A stretch of 64,000 nucleotides of DNA from Chloroflexota bacterium. Lineage in GTDB: Bacteria > Chloroflexota > Anaerolineae > Anaerolineales > VGOW01. The DNA is taken from positions 5,844-69,843 of the forward strand of contig VGOW01000007.1 in assembly GCA_016875735.1 (NCBI GenBank), read 5' to 3'. A program made the position numbers and the translations under genes. Of this stretch, positions 18,326-27,470 are shown one piece after another (positions within the stretch are counted from its first letter, which is position 1; each line of letters opens with the position of its first letter). Under the pieces are notes generated by a model. That model did no database searches. It had not been told where the DNA came from and worked only from the letters and a program-made list of their open reading frames with translations.

Positions 18326-20389
18326 TCACGGTCTGAACACCGGCATGGTCGGCTCACCGGTAGGCCACTTGCCGAACCAAGTAAGGATTTCGTCCGGTGG
18401 CTTCAATTGCTCCCACTCAGCCATGAACTCGGCGTAGGGCTTGCCGCGTTTTAGCCTGCTTTGACACTCGGCGTCGCGCCGGGCTTTAGTTGCTTCAACA
18501 TCCACACCTGCTCCGTCAGGCATGAGAACCACCTTGTAGATATTATCAACCACGCCCGCCGAGATTTTGTGCGTTGTGAAGTCCTGCCACACGCTCTGGG
18601 GGTCGCGCTCCAACGGATCGCCATACCCAGCACCGCCCGTGGCGAAACTCACGGTAATTACGTCACCATCGGCGACCGGGCGTGTAGTGCGCCCGAAGAA
18701 CTCCGAAACCCATTGGCCACCAATAGAATGATTCTGGAGCATATCTTGCAGGTCGAGCGTGATATCTGGCGCGCCGGCTTGCATCTTCTGCAGGATGTCC
18801 GCACTCAAAATGCTAATGCCCGGGACAGTGCAGGGCGCATAGCCGCCGAAAAGTGGTTGCGGAGTCTGTATCTTACTGTTGTCCGAAATTGTCGCAAAGA
18901 AAAGCGCTGGAACTTTGTGGTAACCGACCCAAAGTTGCGTCGTGCCCACACCGCCCCGGTACAAACCGTGCCCACAACTATCCTGCCAGTGTTGCGAGAA
19001 CGGGATGAATAGCGGGAACTCGTTCTCCATCGATTCGACGTTGGGCGCTCGGCCATACACGCACCACGGGAAGCCGAAGGCGTCGACGCCGTCCTGAAGC
19101 GCTCGCCCACCCTGCCCTTCGGTGTTGATCGAGTAGGCAAGCATGTCGGCGAAGGGTAATCCCCATTGCGATAACCCAGCAATGATCAATGCGTTCCCAG
19201 CATTGCCATGCGAAGCAGTCACCTGTTTCCACATCCCCGTGGGGAAGATGGCTTTGGCAAACACGTTGTGCATCGCACTCATCGCCCCAGTGGCAATCAT
19301 TACTGCATTGCTGGTAGCCGCACGGGCATCGGGATTCAGAACAATGCCGGGTGGGAACTTGAAGTCGATCGAAGCAAAGGTGGCACTACTAATAGGCAAA
19401 TCGTGGAAGATATATTCGTAAATGTAGTTCGACATGTGCCCCACAGCGGATTGCGCGTGGGTGTTGTAGGAGGAGTTGTTCTCCGGCGAGGTGCCCGTGA
19501 AGTCAAAGGTCAGCCGGTCGCCCTGCTTGATCATGGCCAAGGCGCACGACCGCACCAGGCCCTGCCGAGTGCCGAGCGCGTCGGCGAAGTGCACACTGCG
19601 ATACACCCCGTCGGGCCAGGCGGCGATACGCTGGCGGGCGCTCTGCTCCGCCGTTTCCAACATCTTGCGCAACAAACCGACGACGAAGTCCACACCGTGG
19701 CGCTCACACATTTCCACCACGCGTTGCCGGGCGCGCTCACAGCCCACGACGCGAGCCTTCAGATCGATCACAAACATCTGCGGCGCGCGGATGCCGTAAG
19801 CCGCCGTCATCTCCAAGATATCGTCACGTAGCACACCGTTCTCACCGATCTTGATAGGCGGCAGATTCATTCCCTCCTCAAATCTCGATGTTGCGCCTAC
19901 GGGCATCCCACCCGGCTCTATGGCGCCGGTTTCGGTGGTATGCACTGCCGCGCCCGCCCACGCCACTAACTTGCCGCCGTAGAAGATCGGCACGATGGCC
20001 AATTGATCGGGGTTATGGATGCCGCCGTACAGCGCGTCGTTGGTGTACCACACATCGCCATCTCTAATACCGGGATTCTCAGAGTAGTAGTGCAAGATGT
20101 ACTTGATAAGAATCGGCTGGATGATGGCGTGCAGGTAGGTACCGCAGGAGGCATTTGCCAAGTCACCAGCAGCAGTGAAGAGCGCCACCATCGAGTCGCC
20201 AGCAATGCCGATCGAACTGCGGGACGAGCGCATGAAGACCTCCATGGCTTCATCCAGCAGGTCGTTGGTTCGTTGCAGGCCGATCTCATACTGTCCGGCG
20301 CTGACGAGCTTGACACATGCTTGCTCGTTGCTAGTGGCCGGTTCTGGCTTGAGCCATTTCAGTTTCTGTTCAAGGGTTGGAATGGGCAT
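18326..20389 (-). CDS. Hydantoinase B/oxoprolinase-family subunit, acetone/acetophenone carboxylase catalytic-subunit-like
   Basis: 687 aa. HyuB-type GGAGYGDP motif near the C-terminal third and a long AcxB-like C-terminal extension. Confidence 0.85.
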   Translation of the reverse strand: MPIPTLEQKLKWLKPEPATSNEQACVKLVSAGQYEIGLQRTNDLLDEAMEVFMRSSRSSIGIAGDSMVALFTAAGDLANASCGTYLHAIIQPILIKYILHYYSENPGIRDGDVWYTNDALYGGIHNPDQLAIVPIFYGGKLVAWAGAAVHTTETGAIEPGGMPVGATSRFEEGMNLPPIKIGENGVLRDDILEMTAAYGIRAPQMFVIDLKARVVGCERARQRVVEMCERHGVDFVVGLLRKMLETAEQSARQRIAAWPDGVYRSVHFADALGTRQGLVRSCALAMIKQGDRLTFDFTGTSPENNSSYNTHAQSAVGHMSNYIYEYIFHDLPISSATFASIDFKFPPGIVLNPDARAATSNAVMIATGAMSAMHNVFAKAIFPTGMWKQVTASHGNAGNALIIAGLSQWGLPFADMLAYSINTEGQGGRALQDGVDAFGFPWCVYGRAPNVESMENEFPLFIPFSQHWQDSCGHGLYRGGVGTTQLWVGYHKVPALFFATISDNSKIQTPQPLFGGYAPCTVPGISILSADILQKMQAGAPDITLDLQDMLQNHSIGGQWVSEFFGRTTRPVADGDVITVSFATGGAGYGDPLERDPQSVWQDFTTHKISAGVVDNIYKVVLMPDGAGVDVEATKARRDAECQSRLKRGKPYAEFMAEWEQLKPPDEILTWFGKWPTGEPTMPVFRP

Positions 20390-20406
20390 GCTGTCACCTC
20401 GAATTC

Positions 20407-22524
20407 CTACTCCAGTATTCCCAGTTCATGCTGATTGATCGAGTAAATCAGACCGGGCGGGACAACGATGGTGGTGAATTGTGTTTCGACCAGTGCCGGC
20501 CCTTCTACAACGTTACCAGGTCGCAAGGCCATACCGTCATATACGTTCGTTTCGCGCAGATCGCCGTGCTCAGGCCAGAAAGCCAACCGCGAACCGCGCT
20601 GGGCATAGGCAGGGCTGGGACCTTCGAGTGCCCGGGTAGGCAGGTTAAGCTTAACCGTTGGCAGGACGGCTTTGAGCACGAAGTTGTCCACGTAAACACC
20701 ACCAGCGGGATTGACGACCAGTCGGCTGAAAGTCTCGGCGAATTCGCGCTCGAACTCGTCATAAATCGCACGGGCGTAGGCCTCGCCACGAATGAATAGT
20801 TCGGGCGACGATGTACGTTTGACTTGCACCTGACCGCCGTACAACATATCCAGTTCCAGTTGGAATATAGCCTGGTCCGGATCGAACCCTTCGCCTGCCA
20901 GATCGAGTTTGGCTACATCGATCAATGAAGTCACCACCGCGTTGAATTGATCCTGATCGACCACGAATTGCTGAGTGAATGGCTGGATGAACATCATGCG
21001 TTGCGATTTCTCATAGACATGGATGTTGTCCAGGATGGACGAGCCAAGCGCACAGAACACCGGCGAAAGCGGGAAGATGACGGCGCGCTTAATATCTTGC
21101 TTGTAGCCCGCTACGTGCGTGGGGCCTCCACCGCCAAAGGCAAAGAGCACAAAGTCATCTGGATTGTAGCCGCGCAGGTGTACTTCCTTGCGAATGGCCG
21201 AGGCCATATTGCCTTCCACGACCTGCCGGATGAGCCATGCGGCTTCATGCACGCTCACACCGAGCGGCCGAGCGATGTGTTGCTGGACCACCTGCTCGGC
21301 TTTTGCCTTGTCCAACTTCATCTTGCCGCCATAAAAGTAATCTGGATCTATGTAGCCCAACACTACATTCGCATCCGTAACCGTAGGTGCAGTGCCGCCA
21401 AGGTTGTAGCAGGCCGGGCCGGGCAAGGAACCTGCGCTCTGTGGACCCACCTCTAGCCGATTGCCTAGTGCCCGGTTGACTTTGGCGATCGAGCCGCCGC
21501 CTGCGCCGATGGAGAGCGTCTGCAACATGGTGATGCCCACCATCCATCGGTCGATGATCGGTCGGAACTCGTAGTTGCGCACTGCGTCCTGCACAATCAA
21601 GCCAATGTCGAACGAAGTGCCACCCACATCACTCGTGACAACATTGTGATAGCCAAGTTGTTTGGCGATGTGTTGCGCGCCGATCAGGCCCGCCACCGGG
21701 CCGCCATTGTAAGTTCGGCTGGCTGTGGTCTTGAATATCTCCGCAATGCCCCCCGAGTTGTGGATCATTTGGAATGAGCCACGATAACCCTTGTCGCGCA
21801 ACCTATCCCACATTGCCGATAGCTCGATCTGCATGGCGCGTTGAAGATAAGCATCAAGAACCGAGGTCATAGTGCGCTCATATTCGCCAAGCTTACCCAG
21901 CACCTCACTGGAAAGCACCACAGGCGCACTGCCAAGGTGATAATCTTTATATTCCTCGCGGATGATCTCCTTGACGCGTTGCTCGTGGGCAGGATTCACG
22001 AAAGACCACAAAAGCGAGACAACGAAGCCGCGCGCGCCGTTGTTGACCAGCCGATGGACTTTTGCTCGCACGTCAGCCTCGTCCATTGGGCGCACCACCT
22101 TGCCAGTAGAGTCCACACGTTCGCGCACCCCCACAATTAACTCCGGCGGGATGATGGGCATTGGCTTGTTCTGAACAGCCAGGTTCCGGCGTTCGGCAAC
22201 GCGCGTGCCGTCTACCCACTGTGCGCCGCGCCCGATCAGAATGGCGTCCTCGTGGCCCTCCGTGGTGATAAGCGCCAGGCGCGGACCGCTCCGCTCGATC
22301 AACCGGTTCATCGCGATCGTCGTCGAGTAGCGAATAATCTGGGTGTCGCCGAGCAACTGCTCTGCTGTCATGCCCGAGTTCTTGGCAGCCTCTTCGATGA
22401 CATTGAGGAAGCACACTGACAGATCGTAGGGTGTAGTCGGGGATTTTGCAGGCGTCACCGAGCCGTTGCGAGTAAGCACCAGATCGGTGAATGTTCCACC
22501 AACGTCAATATCAATGCTGTTCAT
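20407..22524 (-). CDS. Hydantoinase A/oxoprolinase-family ATP-binding subunit (paralogue 2)
   Basis: MNSIDIDVGGTFTDLVL (ASKHA phosphate-1 motif) and DVGGTSFDIGLI (second ASKHA half). 705 aa. Confidence 0.9.
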   Translation of the reverse strand: MNSIDIDVGGTFTDLVLTRNGSVTPAKSPTTPYDLSVCFLNVIEEAAKNSGMTAEQLLGDTQIIRYSTTIAMNRLIERSGPRLALITTEGHEDAILIGRGAQWVDGTRVAERRNLAVQNKPMPIIPPELIVGVRERVDSTGKVVRPMDEADVRAKVHRLVNNGARGFVVSLLWSFVNPAHEQRVKEIIREEYKDYHLGSAPVVLSSEVLGKLGEYERTMTSVLDAYLQRAMQIELSAMWDRLRDKGYRGSFQMIHNSGGIAEIFKTTASRTYNGGPVAGLIGAQHIAKQLGYHNVVTSDVGGTSFDIGLIVQDAVRNYEFRPIIDRWMVGITMLQTLSIGAGGGSIAKVNRALGNRLEVGPQSAGSLPGPACYNLGGTAPTVTDANVVLGYIDPDYFYGGKMKLDKAKAEQVVQQHIARPLGVSVHEAAWLIRQVVEGNMASAIRKEVHLRGYNPDDFVLFAFGGGGPTHVAGYKQDIKRAVIFPLSPVFCALGSSILDNIHVYEKSQRMMFIQPFTQQFVVDQDQFNAVVTSLIDVAKLDLAGEGFDPDQAIFQLELDMLYGGQVQVKRTSSPELFIRGEAYARAIYDEFEREFAETFSRLVVNPAGGVYVDNFVLKAVLPTVKLNLPTRALEGPSPAYAQRGSRLAFWPEHGDLRETNVYDGMALRPGNVVEGPALVETQFTTIVVPPGLIYSINQHELGILE

Positions 22525-22892
22525 GTCGCCACCTCAAGATGTCCTTCTTTGATGATCAATTCCTGCCGCGCCAACCGCGCTTTGAGGCCATCGAGGTCAA
22601 TTTCGATATCGTGAGTCAATGGATGGCCGGGGGGCAGATACTCGGTTTCGAGTTGTGTGCCGCATTGAGGGCAGTAAAACTCTATGATCCGAATCCAAGC
22701 CGGGTCGGGCGCAAAGTTGTATTCGGCCTCAATCAGTGGTGAGTGTATCTCGCGTGGATCACGATTGTGGATCAAGCAACCCTTCTTATAGTTCTCGCGG
22801 GCGCTCACCAGAGCATGTCCACAACGATTGCAGCGCCACATTTCGTCGGCCAGGTCCAGGTCGATGCTTTCTGTCATACGGATGCGGCTCAT
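22521..22892 (-). CDS. Acetone-carboxylase gamma-subunit-like Cys4 zinc protein
   Basis: MWRCNRCGH...FYCPQCGTQLETEY gives two CxxC pairs in a 123-aa protein. RBS TAGGAGAAA lies 7 nt upstream of the ATG. The gene has an ATGA overlap with the next gene. Confidence 0.8.
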   Translation of the reverse strand: MSRIRMTESIDLDLADEMWRCNRCGHALVSARENYKKGCLIHNRDPREIHSPLIEAEYNFAPDPAWIRIIEFYCPQCGTQLETEYLPPGHPLTHDIEIDLDGLKARLARQELIIKEGHLEVAT

Positions 22893-22902
22893 CTCATTTC
22901 TC

Positions 22903-24852
22903 CTATCTTGTCAATTTACCATTGCCAAACTCATCCACCTGCAATTGCCAGGCTGGGCCGATCAGGTAGGTTGTTTGGGCGCTCTCGGCAATGGCAGGAC
23001 CGGCCACGTGGTTGCCAGGCTTCAGGCTCTCCCATATGTAAACCGGTGTGTCGATGGCTTGCCCGTTCCAGCGCACTTGGCGGCTGCCAGTTTTGGCCGA
23101 CAACGCATCCGCACTGCCCAATTGGCTGGGCACTGGCTCTTGGCCTCCCACTGCATAACTCGCCCGCAGGCGCGCCAGTTCGAGAGTGCCTTCGCCAATC
23201 GCTTTCTTCAGCCCAGCGCGATCCAGATGGCTGATCGGCAAGGACGCGGTCGTGATCTTGCCTGACGTCTCGCGCACATCCAATTCCAACATGAGCTGTG
23301 CCTTGGCCAAATCGAGTTCCTCCCCGGCCAGATCGCGGTTAGCCTCTGCGCGCATCGCAGAGATCGCCTGCTCAAGTCTCGTGAGCCCTGTCTCATCAGC
23401 CTTCGCCATTAGCGCGTGTTCATAAACATGCAAGATGTCTGCAAGCGATGAGCCAAGCACACTGAACACCGGCCCAAGGTTAAACACGTAGGCGCATTTC
23501 AGTCCAAGTTGCTCCGCCAGGCTGGTGGCGAAGATAGGCCCATTGCCGCCAAAGGCGAACAAGATGTAGCCGGAGGCTGACTCCCCAGTAGCATTGAGCC
23601 GCTTCTGAATGCCCTCGGCTGCCATTCCCACTGCGCACTGGGCAATGCGTGCCGCTGCTTCTTCTGTGCTACAACCAAGCGGTTTGGCGATGTGTGTTTC
23701 GATGGCTTCGCGGGCACGATCCTTATTGAGCATACGTGCACCACCGAGGAAATTGAGGGGGTTCAGGTAACCCAACAGAAGCGCCGCGTCGGTCAATGTG
23801 GCTTCTGCACCGCCCACGTCATAGCACGCCGGGCCAGGATATGCTCCCATGCTCTCGGGGCCAAGCGTGACCTTGCCATCTTTTGCCCGCGCCACACTTC
23901 CACCGCCAAGCGCAAGTGAGGCCACATCGGGCATCGGTATTTGGAGCGAGATGCCGAAGATGTCCGGTCGGCGGTTAAGGGCGGGCACGCCGTTTTGAAT
24001 GAAACTGATTTTCGTCGTGGTGCCGCCCACGTCGAGGGCAATGACATGCGAGTGATTCTGGCGGCGGGCAAAGTGTGCGCTAGCATACAGCCCCATAGTC
24101 GGGCCTGACTCGATCGTATCTACCGCGCGCGTCTTCGAGACGCGGGCAACGCCGCCATTTTGATGGCCGATAAGCAACCAGCGCTTCCAACCGTGCTGGT
24201 CGCGCAAAATGTCTTCAGCTTTGAATAGCGTGCTGGCAAGCGGCCCATGAACGTAGGCGTTAATGAGGGTGACGTGCGTGCGCGTCATGTCGTCGGGGTG
24301 CTTGCAAATGTCGCTACCGAGCAGAACGGGCACCGAGCCGAGGTAATGGTCTGGATACTGGCGGTTGACAATAGTCTGCAATTGCCGCTCGGCCCCTGGG
24401 TTGGCAAATGCCCCACTTAGGCTAATGCACACACGGCGCACGCCACGCTCCAGGAGACTCTTGACTAGACCCAGCACCACGTGCGGATCTGCAGTTTGAG
24501 GCAGACCCAATACACCGCCCTCGCCAGCCAATTCTAGTGCCGGGCTGGGGCCGTCGCCGGAATACAGGTCATGTTCGTGGCCTTGCGAGACAAGCAGTCC
24601 AAGCCGGGGCCCACGACGTTCGGCCAATACATTGGTGGTGACGGTGGTAGACCAGCGAATGAGCTGCGTTTGCCCAAGGAGCGCGGCCAGATCTGGCAAG
24701 CCTAGTTGGTCGGATCCGGCTTGCAGGCAGTCGAGGAAGCAAACAGTCAGGTCGTGGGGGGTGGTATCTACCTTCACTGGTGTCATATGGCGGCCCTCGG
24801 TAAACAAGCCGTCAGTGAAGGTTCCACCAACATCAATGTCAATTGTGTACAC
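22903..24852 (-). CDS. Hydantoinase A/oxoprolinase-family subunit (paralogue 1)
   Basis: VYTIDIDVGGTFTDGLF and LDVGGTTTKISFI motifs. Start reassigned to GTG 24852, preceded by AAAGGAGG (RBS) 7 nt upstream. The ORF-track Met at 24912 adds 20 unsupported codons. Confidence 0.85.
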   Translation of the reverse strand: MYTIDIDVGGTFTDGLFTEGRHMTPVKVDTTPHDLTVCFLDCLQAGSDQLGLPDLAALLGQTQLIRWSTTVTTNVLAERRGPRLGLLVSQGHEHDLYSGDGPSPALELAGEGGVLGLPQTADPHVVLGLVKSLLERGVRRVCISLSGAFANPGAERQLQTIVNRQYPDHYLGSVPVLLGSDICKHPDDMTRTHVTLINAYVHGPLASTLFKAEDILRDQHGWKRWLLIGHQNGGVARVSKTRAVDTIESGPTMGLYASAHFARRQNHSHVIALDVGGTTTKISFIQNGVPALNRRPDIFGISLQIPMPDVASLALGGGSVARAKDGKVTLGPESMGAYPGPACYDVGGAEATLTDAALLLGYLNPLNFLGGARMLNKDRAREAIETHIAKPLGCSTEEAAARIAQCAVGMAAEGIQKRLNATGESASGYILFAFGGNGPIFATSLAEQLGLKCAYVFNLGPVFSVLGSSLADILHVYEHALMAKADETGLTRLEQAISAMRAEANRDLAGEELDLAKAQLMLELDVRETSGKITTASLPISHLDRAGLKKAIGEGTLELARLRASYAVGGQEPVPSQLGSADALSAKTGSRQVRWNGQAIDTPVYIWESLKPGNHVAGPAIAESAQTTYLIGPAWQLQVDEFGNGKLTR

Positions 24853-25044
24853 GATTGATGACCTCCTTTGAGGGAACTTGGAGTCCGGTACGGAGAGGCA
24901 AATTCTGCGCACCTATCCGAAGGATAAGTTGGAGTTCTCTCCTAAATCATACAAGGAGGACAAAGTTGGGCGTGAGGGACGAAAGGAGAATTTCCGAGCA
25001 GAGTCGACTCGTCCGAGTGCGACTTTAGTCGTACGACTGGCAGC

Positions 25045-25695
25045 TCACAACGGCAGAAGACCAGCCTGCCTTCCATATCGGATCGCTTGTACTCGATTCT
25101 GTACGCCGAGTTTGACAAGGATGCTGCTCATATGAGCTTTAACTGTCTTCTCTGAAATGACGAGAGCCAAACCAATATCGCGATTGGACTTGCCCTCAGC
25201 GGCCAAGCGGAGAACTTCGACCTCTCGGTCGCTCAGTGGTGTTGCGGGCGGCGGGCGAATTGGCGCGGCAACGCTACGCAACGAGTTGACAACTATTTTT
25301 GCTGCCTGCGCATCCAGAGGCACTTCGCCACGGCAAACTTTCTGAATAGCCGCAACGAGATCAGGCGGCTCAACGTCTTTAAGAACATATCCCTCCGCCC
25401 CAGCCTCGAGAGCCTCAGTGATGTACTTTGCTTCTATAAAACTGGTGAGCGCCAGCACTTTGATGTCAGGCCAACGATCCTTGATTTGGCGGATCGCTTC
25501 AATGCCGTTCAATTGAGGCATAACCAGATCCATCAGGACAACATCGGGCCGGCACGCTTCAGCCTGACGCACAGCCTCAGCGCCGTTGTTGGCCTCACCG
25601 ACCACTGCAATATCGCCATAACTGGCCAGGCAGGATTTTAGGCCGATGCGCACCATGGCGTGATCGTCAACGATAAGCGTTCGGATAGGCATCAT
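25045..25695 (-). CDS. NarL/LuxR-family response regulator
   Basis: Receiver (LIVDDH...VVLMDLVMP...ALTS...K) plus C-terminal LuxR HTH (LSDREVEVLRLAAEGKSNRDIGLALVISEKTVKAHMSSIL). Confidence 0.9.
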   Translation of the reverse strand: MMPIRTLIVDDHAMVRIGLKSCLASYGDIAVVGEANNGAEAVRQAEACRPDVVLMDLVMPQLNGIEAIRQIKDRWPDIKVLALTSFIEAKYITEALEAGAEGYVLKDVEPPDLVAAIQKVCRGEVPLDAQAAKIVVNSLRSVAAPIRPPPATPLSDREVEVLRLAAEGKSNRDIGLALVISEKTVKAHMSSILVKLGVQNRVQAIRYGRQAGLLPL

Positions 25696-26911
25696 CCTCT
25701 ACCTCCCCGCGCAAGGGCAACCACGCTTCAATCTGTGTGCCTGAGTTCGGCACCGAGTTCACAAGTAGGCTCCCGCCCAACTGCTCAGCACGTTCCCGCA
25801 TGGAGATCAGCCCCAGTCCCGCCCGGCTCACCGATGGCTGTGGACTGGAGGGAGTTCCTGCGACATCAAATCCGTAGCCATCGTCAGCCACAGTCAATGT
25901 CACGTCCACGTCAGTGAGCCTCAATTCTACCGCTATGCGCCGGGCTTGCGCATGTTTGACAGCATTGTGCATCGCTTCTTGCGCGATACGAAACAGCGCA
26001 TCTTCCACTTGAGGTGGGAGGTGTCTCACGCCAGATTGCCGAACTTCCACAGAGAGGCCATGGCGAACCTGTGTGGCTTCAGCCAATTTGCGCATGGCGG
26101 TGATCAGCCCTTCGCCCTCAAGCGGGGCGGGGCGTAATTGGTAGATTAGCGCGCGCATCTCAGAAAGCGCATCACGGGCAGCTTGATATAGAAGATCGAT
26201 AGTAACGCCCGGATCCTCTTGGCCGGAGCGCAGATAGTTACGTGCGGCGTCAGCCAGAAGCATGATCGTAAAAAGGGATTGGGTGACCGAGTCATGCAAT
26301 TCACGGGCAATAGCATGCCGCTCATTGAGATGGGCCAATCGCTCAGCCTCGCCATAGAGCCGCGCATTCTCGATCGCGATGGCGGCGTGTTTGGCGAAAA
26401 GTGACAGCAGTTCCGCATCACGTTCATCAAACACACGCCGAGGAGAACTAGTGCCGATAGAAAAAACGCCGATTAGCCGGCCTTGCCACCAAATGGGCAC
26501 ACTCACCGCCGACCGGATCCGGCGCATTGCTTCGTCATCGAGGGGGATATGCACCTGGCTGCCGTAGTCACTAAGGATGACAGGGTGCCTCGCGGCATAT
26601 ACCTGGCCGCTTAGGCCGACACCCTCCGCAAAGTCAATGTGGAGTAACGCCTCAGGTAAATTGTAGAGAGCTTTGTGGCGGATAGCATGCCGCTCCTCAT
26701 CCACCAGGCCAATGGCGCCCTGCTCGGCATCCAGCAATTCCACCGCGTTGACAACCATCTTCCTCAGGAGTGCATCCAAGTCAAGTTCACGACTCAGGGA
26801 CTCCGTCAGCGAAAGCAGAGTGATGAGTTGCTGCAGGTTGCGCTGCAAATCAGCGATCTGCTGATCGCGCTGCGCCAATTGTGAAGCAAGGCCGTCGAGT
26901 GTAGCAACCAT
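25667..26911 (-). CDS. GAF-domain sensor histidine kinase (HisKA_3/NarX type)
   Basis: Coiled-coil N-terminus, a GAF region, the H-box ERHAIARELHDSVTQSL and an HATPase_c domain (VADDGYGF...GLGLISMRERA). Confidence 0.85.
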   Translation of the reverse strand: MVATLDGLASQLAQRDQQIADLQRNLQQLITLLSLTESLSRELDLDALLRKMVVNAVELLDAEQGAIGLVDEERHAIRHKALYNLPEALLHIDFAEGVGLSGQVYAARHPVILSDYGSQVHIPLDDEAMRRIRSAVSVPIWWQGRLIGVFSIGTSSPRRVFDERDAELLSLFAKHAAIAIENARLYGEAERLAHLNERHAIARELHDSVTQSLFTIMLLADAARNYLRSGQEDPGVTIDLLYQAARDALSEMRALIYQLRPAPLEGEGLITAMRKLAEATQVRHGLSVEVRQSGVRHLPPQVEDALFRIAQEAMHNAVKHAQARRIAVELRLTDVDVTLTVADDGYGFDVAGTPSSPQPSVSRAGLGLISMRERAEQLGGSLLVNSVPNSGTQIEAWLPLRGEVEDDAYPNAYR

Positions 26912-27135
26912 TAAGTTTGCTCGAGGACGATTGCTGATGGATAGTTACGCACAGGGTGTGTTTGCTTCACGCACTATTTTGTGTGCAGCTGGCCCCGGCT
27001 CGAGGCACTCCAAGTATCGCCCGATGTTCAGAAGCAAAGGGGGAAGAGGGTCTCAATCTCTGCGGCGAGCACCGGGTTCACCACGCGATCCTTCCATATT
27101 ACGCCGTACTGGATAGATACGACCATGGTACAAAA

Positions 27136-27192
27136 GCGCAGAGTTCGCAGAGATTTAACAGCCCTTCTCTGCGCTCTCCGCGAACTCCGCGG
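27136..27192. repeat. Inverted repeat of the ctctgcg/cgcagag word family
   Basis: gcgcagagttcgcagag (27136..27152), a loop, then ctctgcgctctccgcgaactccgcgg (27167..27192). It shares ctctgcgctctc...ctccgcggt with 9178..9207. Confidence 0.65.
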
Positions 27193-27211
27193 TTGAATTA
27201 CGCAGCCCCTC

Positions 27212-27436
27212 TCATTCTTCTTTCGCCTCCGGCTTCGCCACGTCGGGCAATTTCGTTCCCGGCGGAATCCACCGCTTCAAATCGGCCAACTGAATTTTGA
27301 TCGCGCGCCGGCACTTGGGGCAGTTCTCCACGTGATGAATTGCTTTGGCCGCCTGCGCCTCGGCTACCGCCTGCAGAACATTCTCGCGTTTCATGGTGTA
27401 ACGATGCCCGCACCATTGGCAAACGACTTGCATCAT
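27212..27436 (-). CDS. Small Cys4 zinc-ribbon protein, unknown function
   Basis: MMQVVCQWCGH...VENCPKCRRAIK. RBS-like AAAGGAA lies upstream. The longer ORF-track version (to 27565) would overlap the EamA gene. Confidence 0.45.
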   Translation of the reverse strand: MMQVVCQWCGHRYTMKRENVLQAVAEAQAAKAIHHVENCPKCRRAIKIQLADLKRWIPPGTKLPDVAKPEAKEE

Positions 27437-27470
27437 GGGTCGCATTCCTTTCGCGTGTCGAGTATACCAC

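Noticed and set aside
24853-25044. Palindromic bits (AGTCGACT, GTCGTACGAC) between the response-regulator gene and the carboxylase operon as operator sites
   Set aside because: They are short 8-10 bp self-complementary strings, common by chance in this composition, and there is no repeated half-site pattern. They are noted only as candidates for NarL-type binding.
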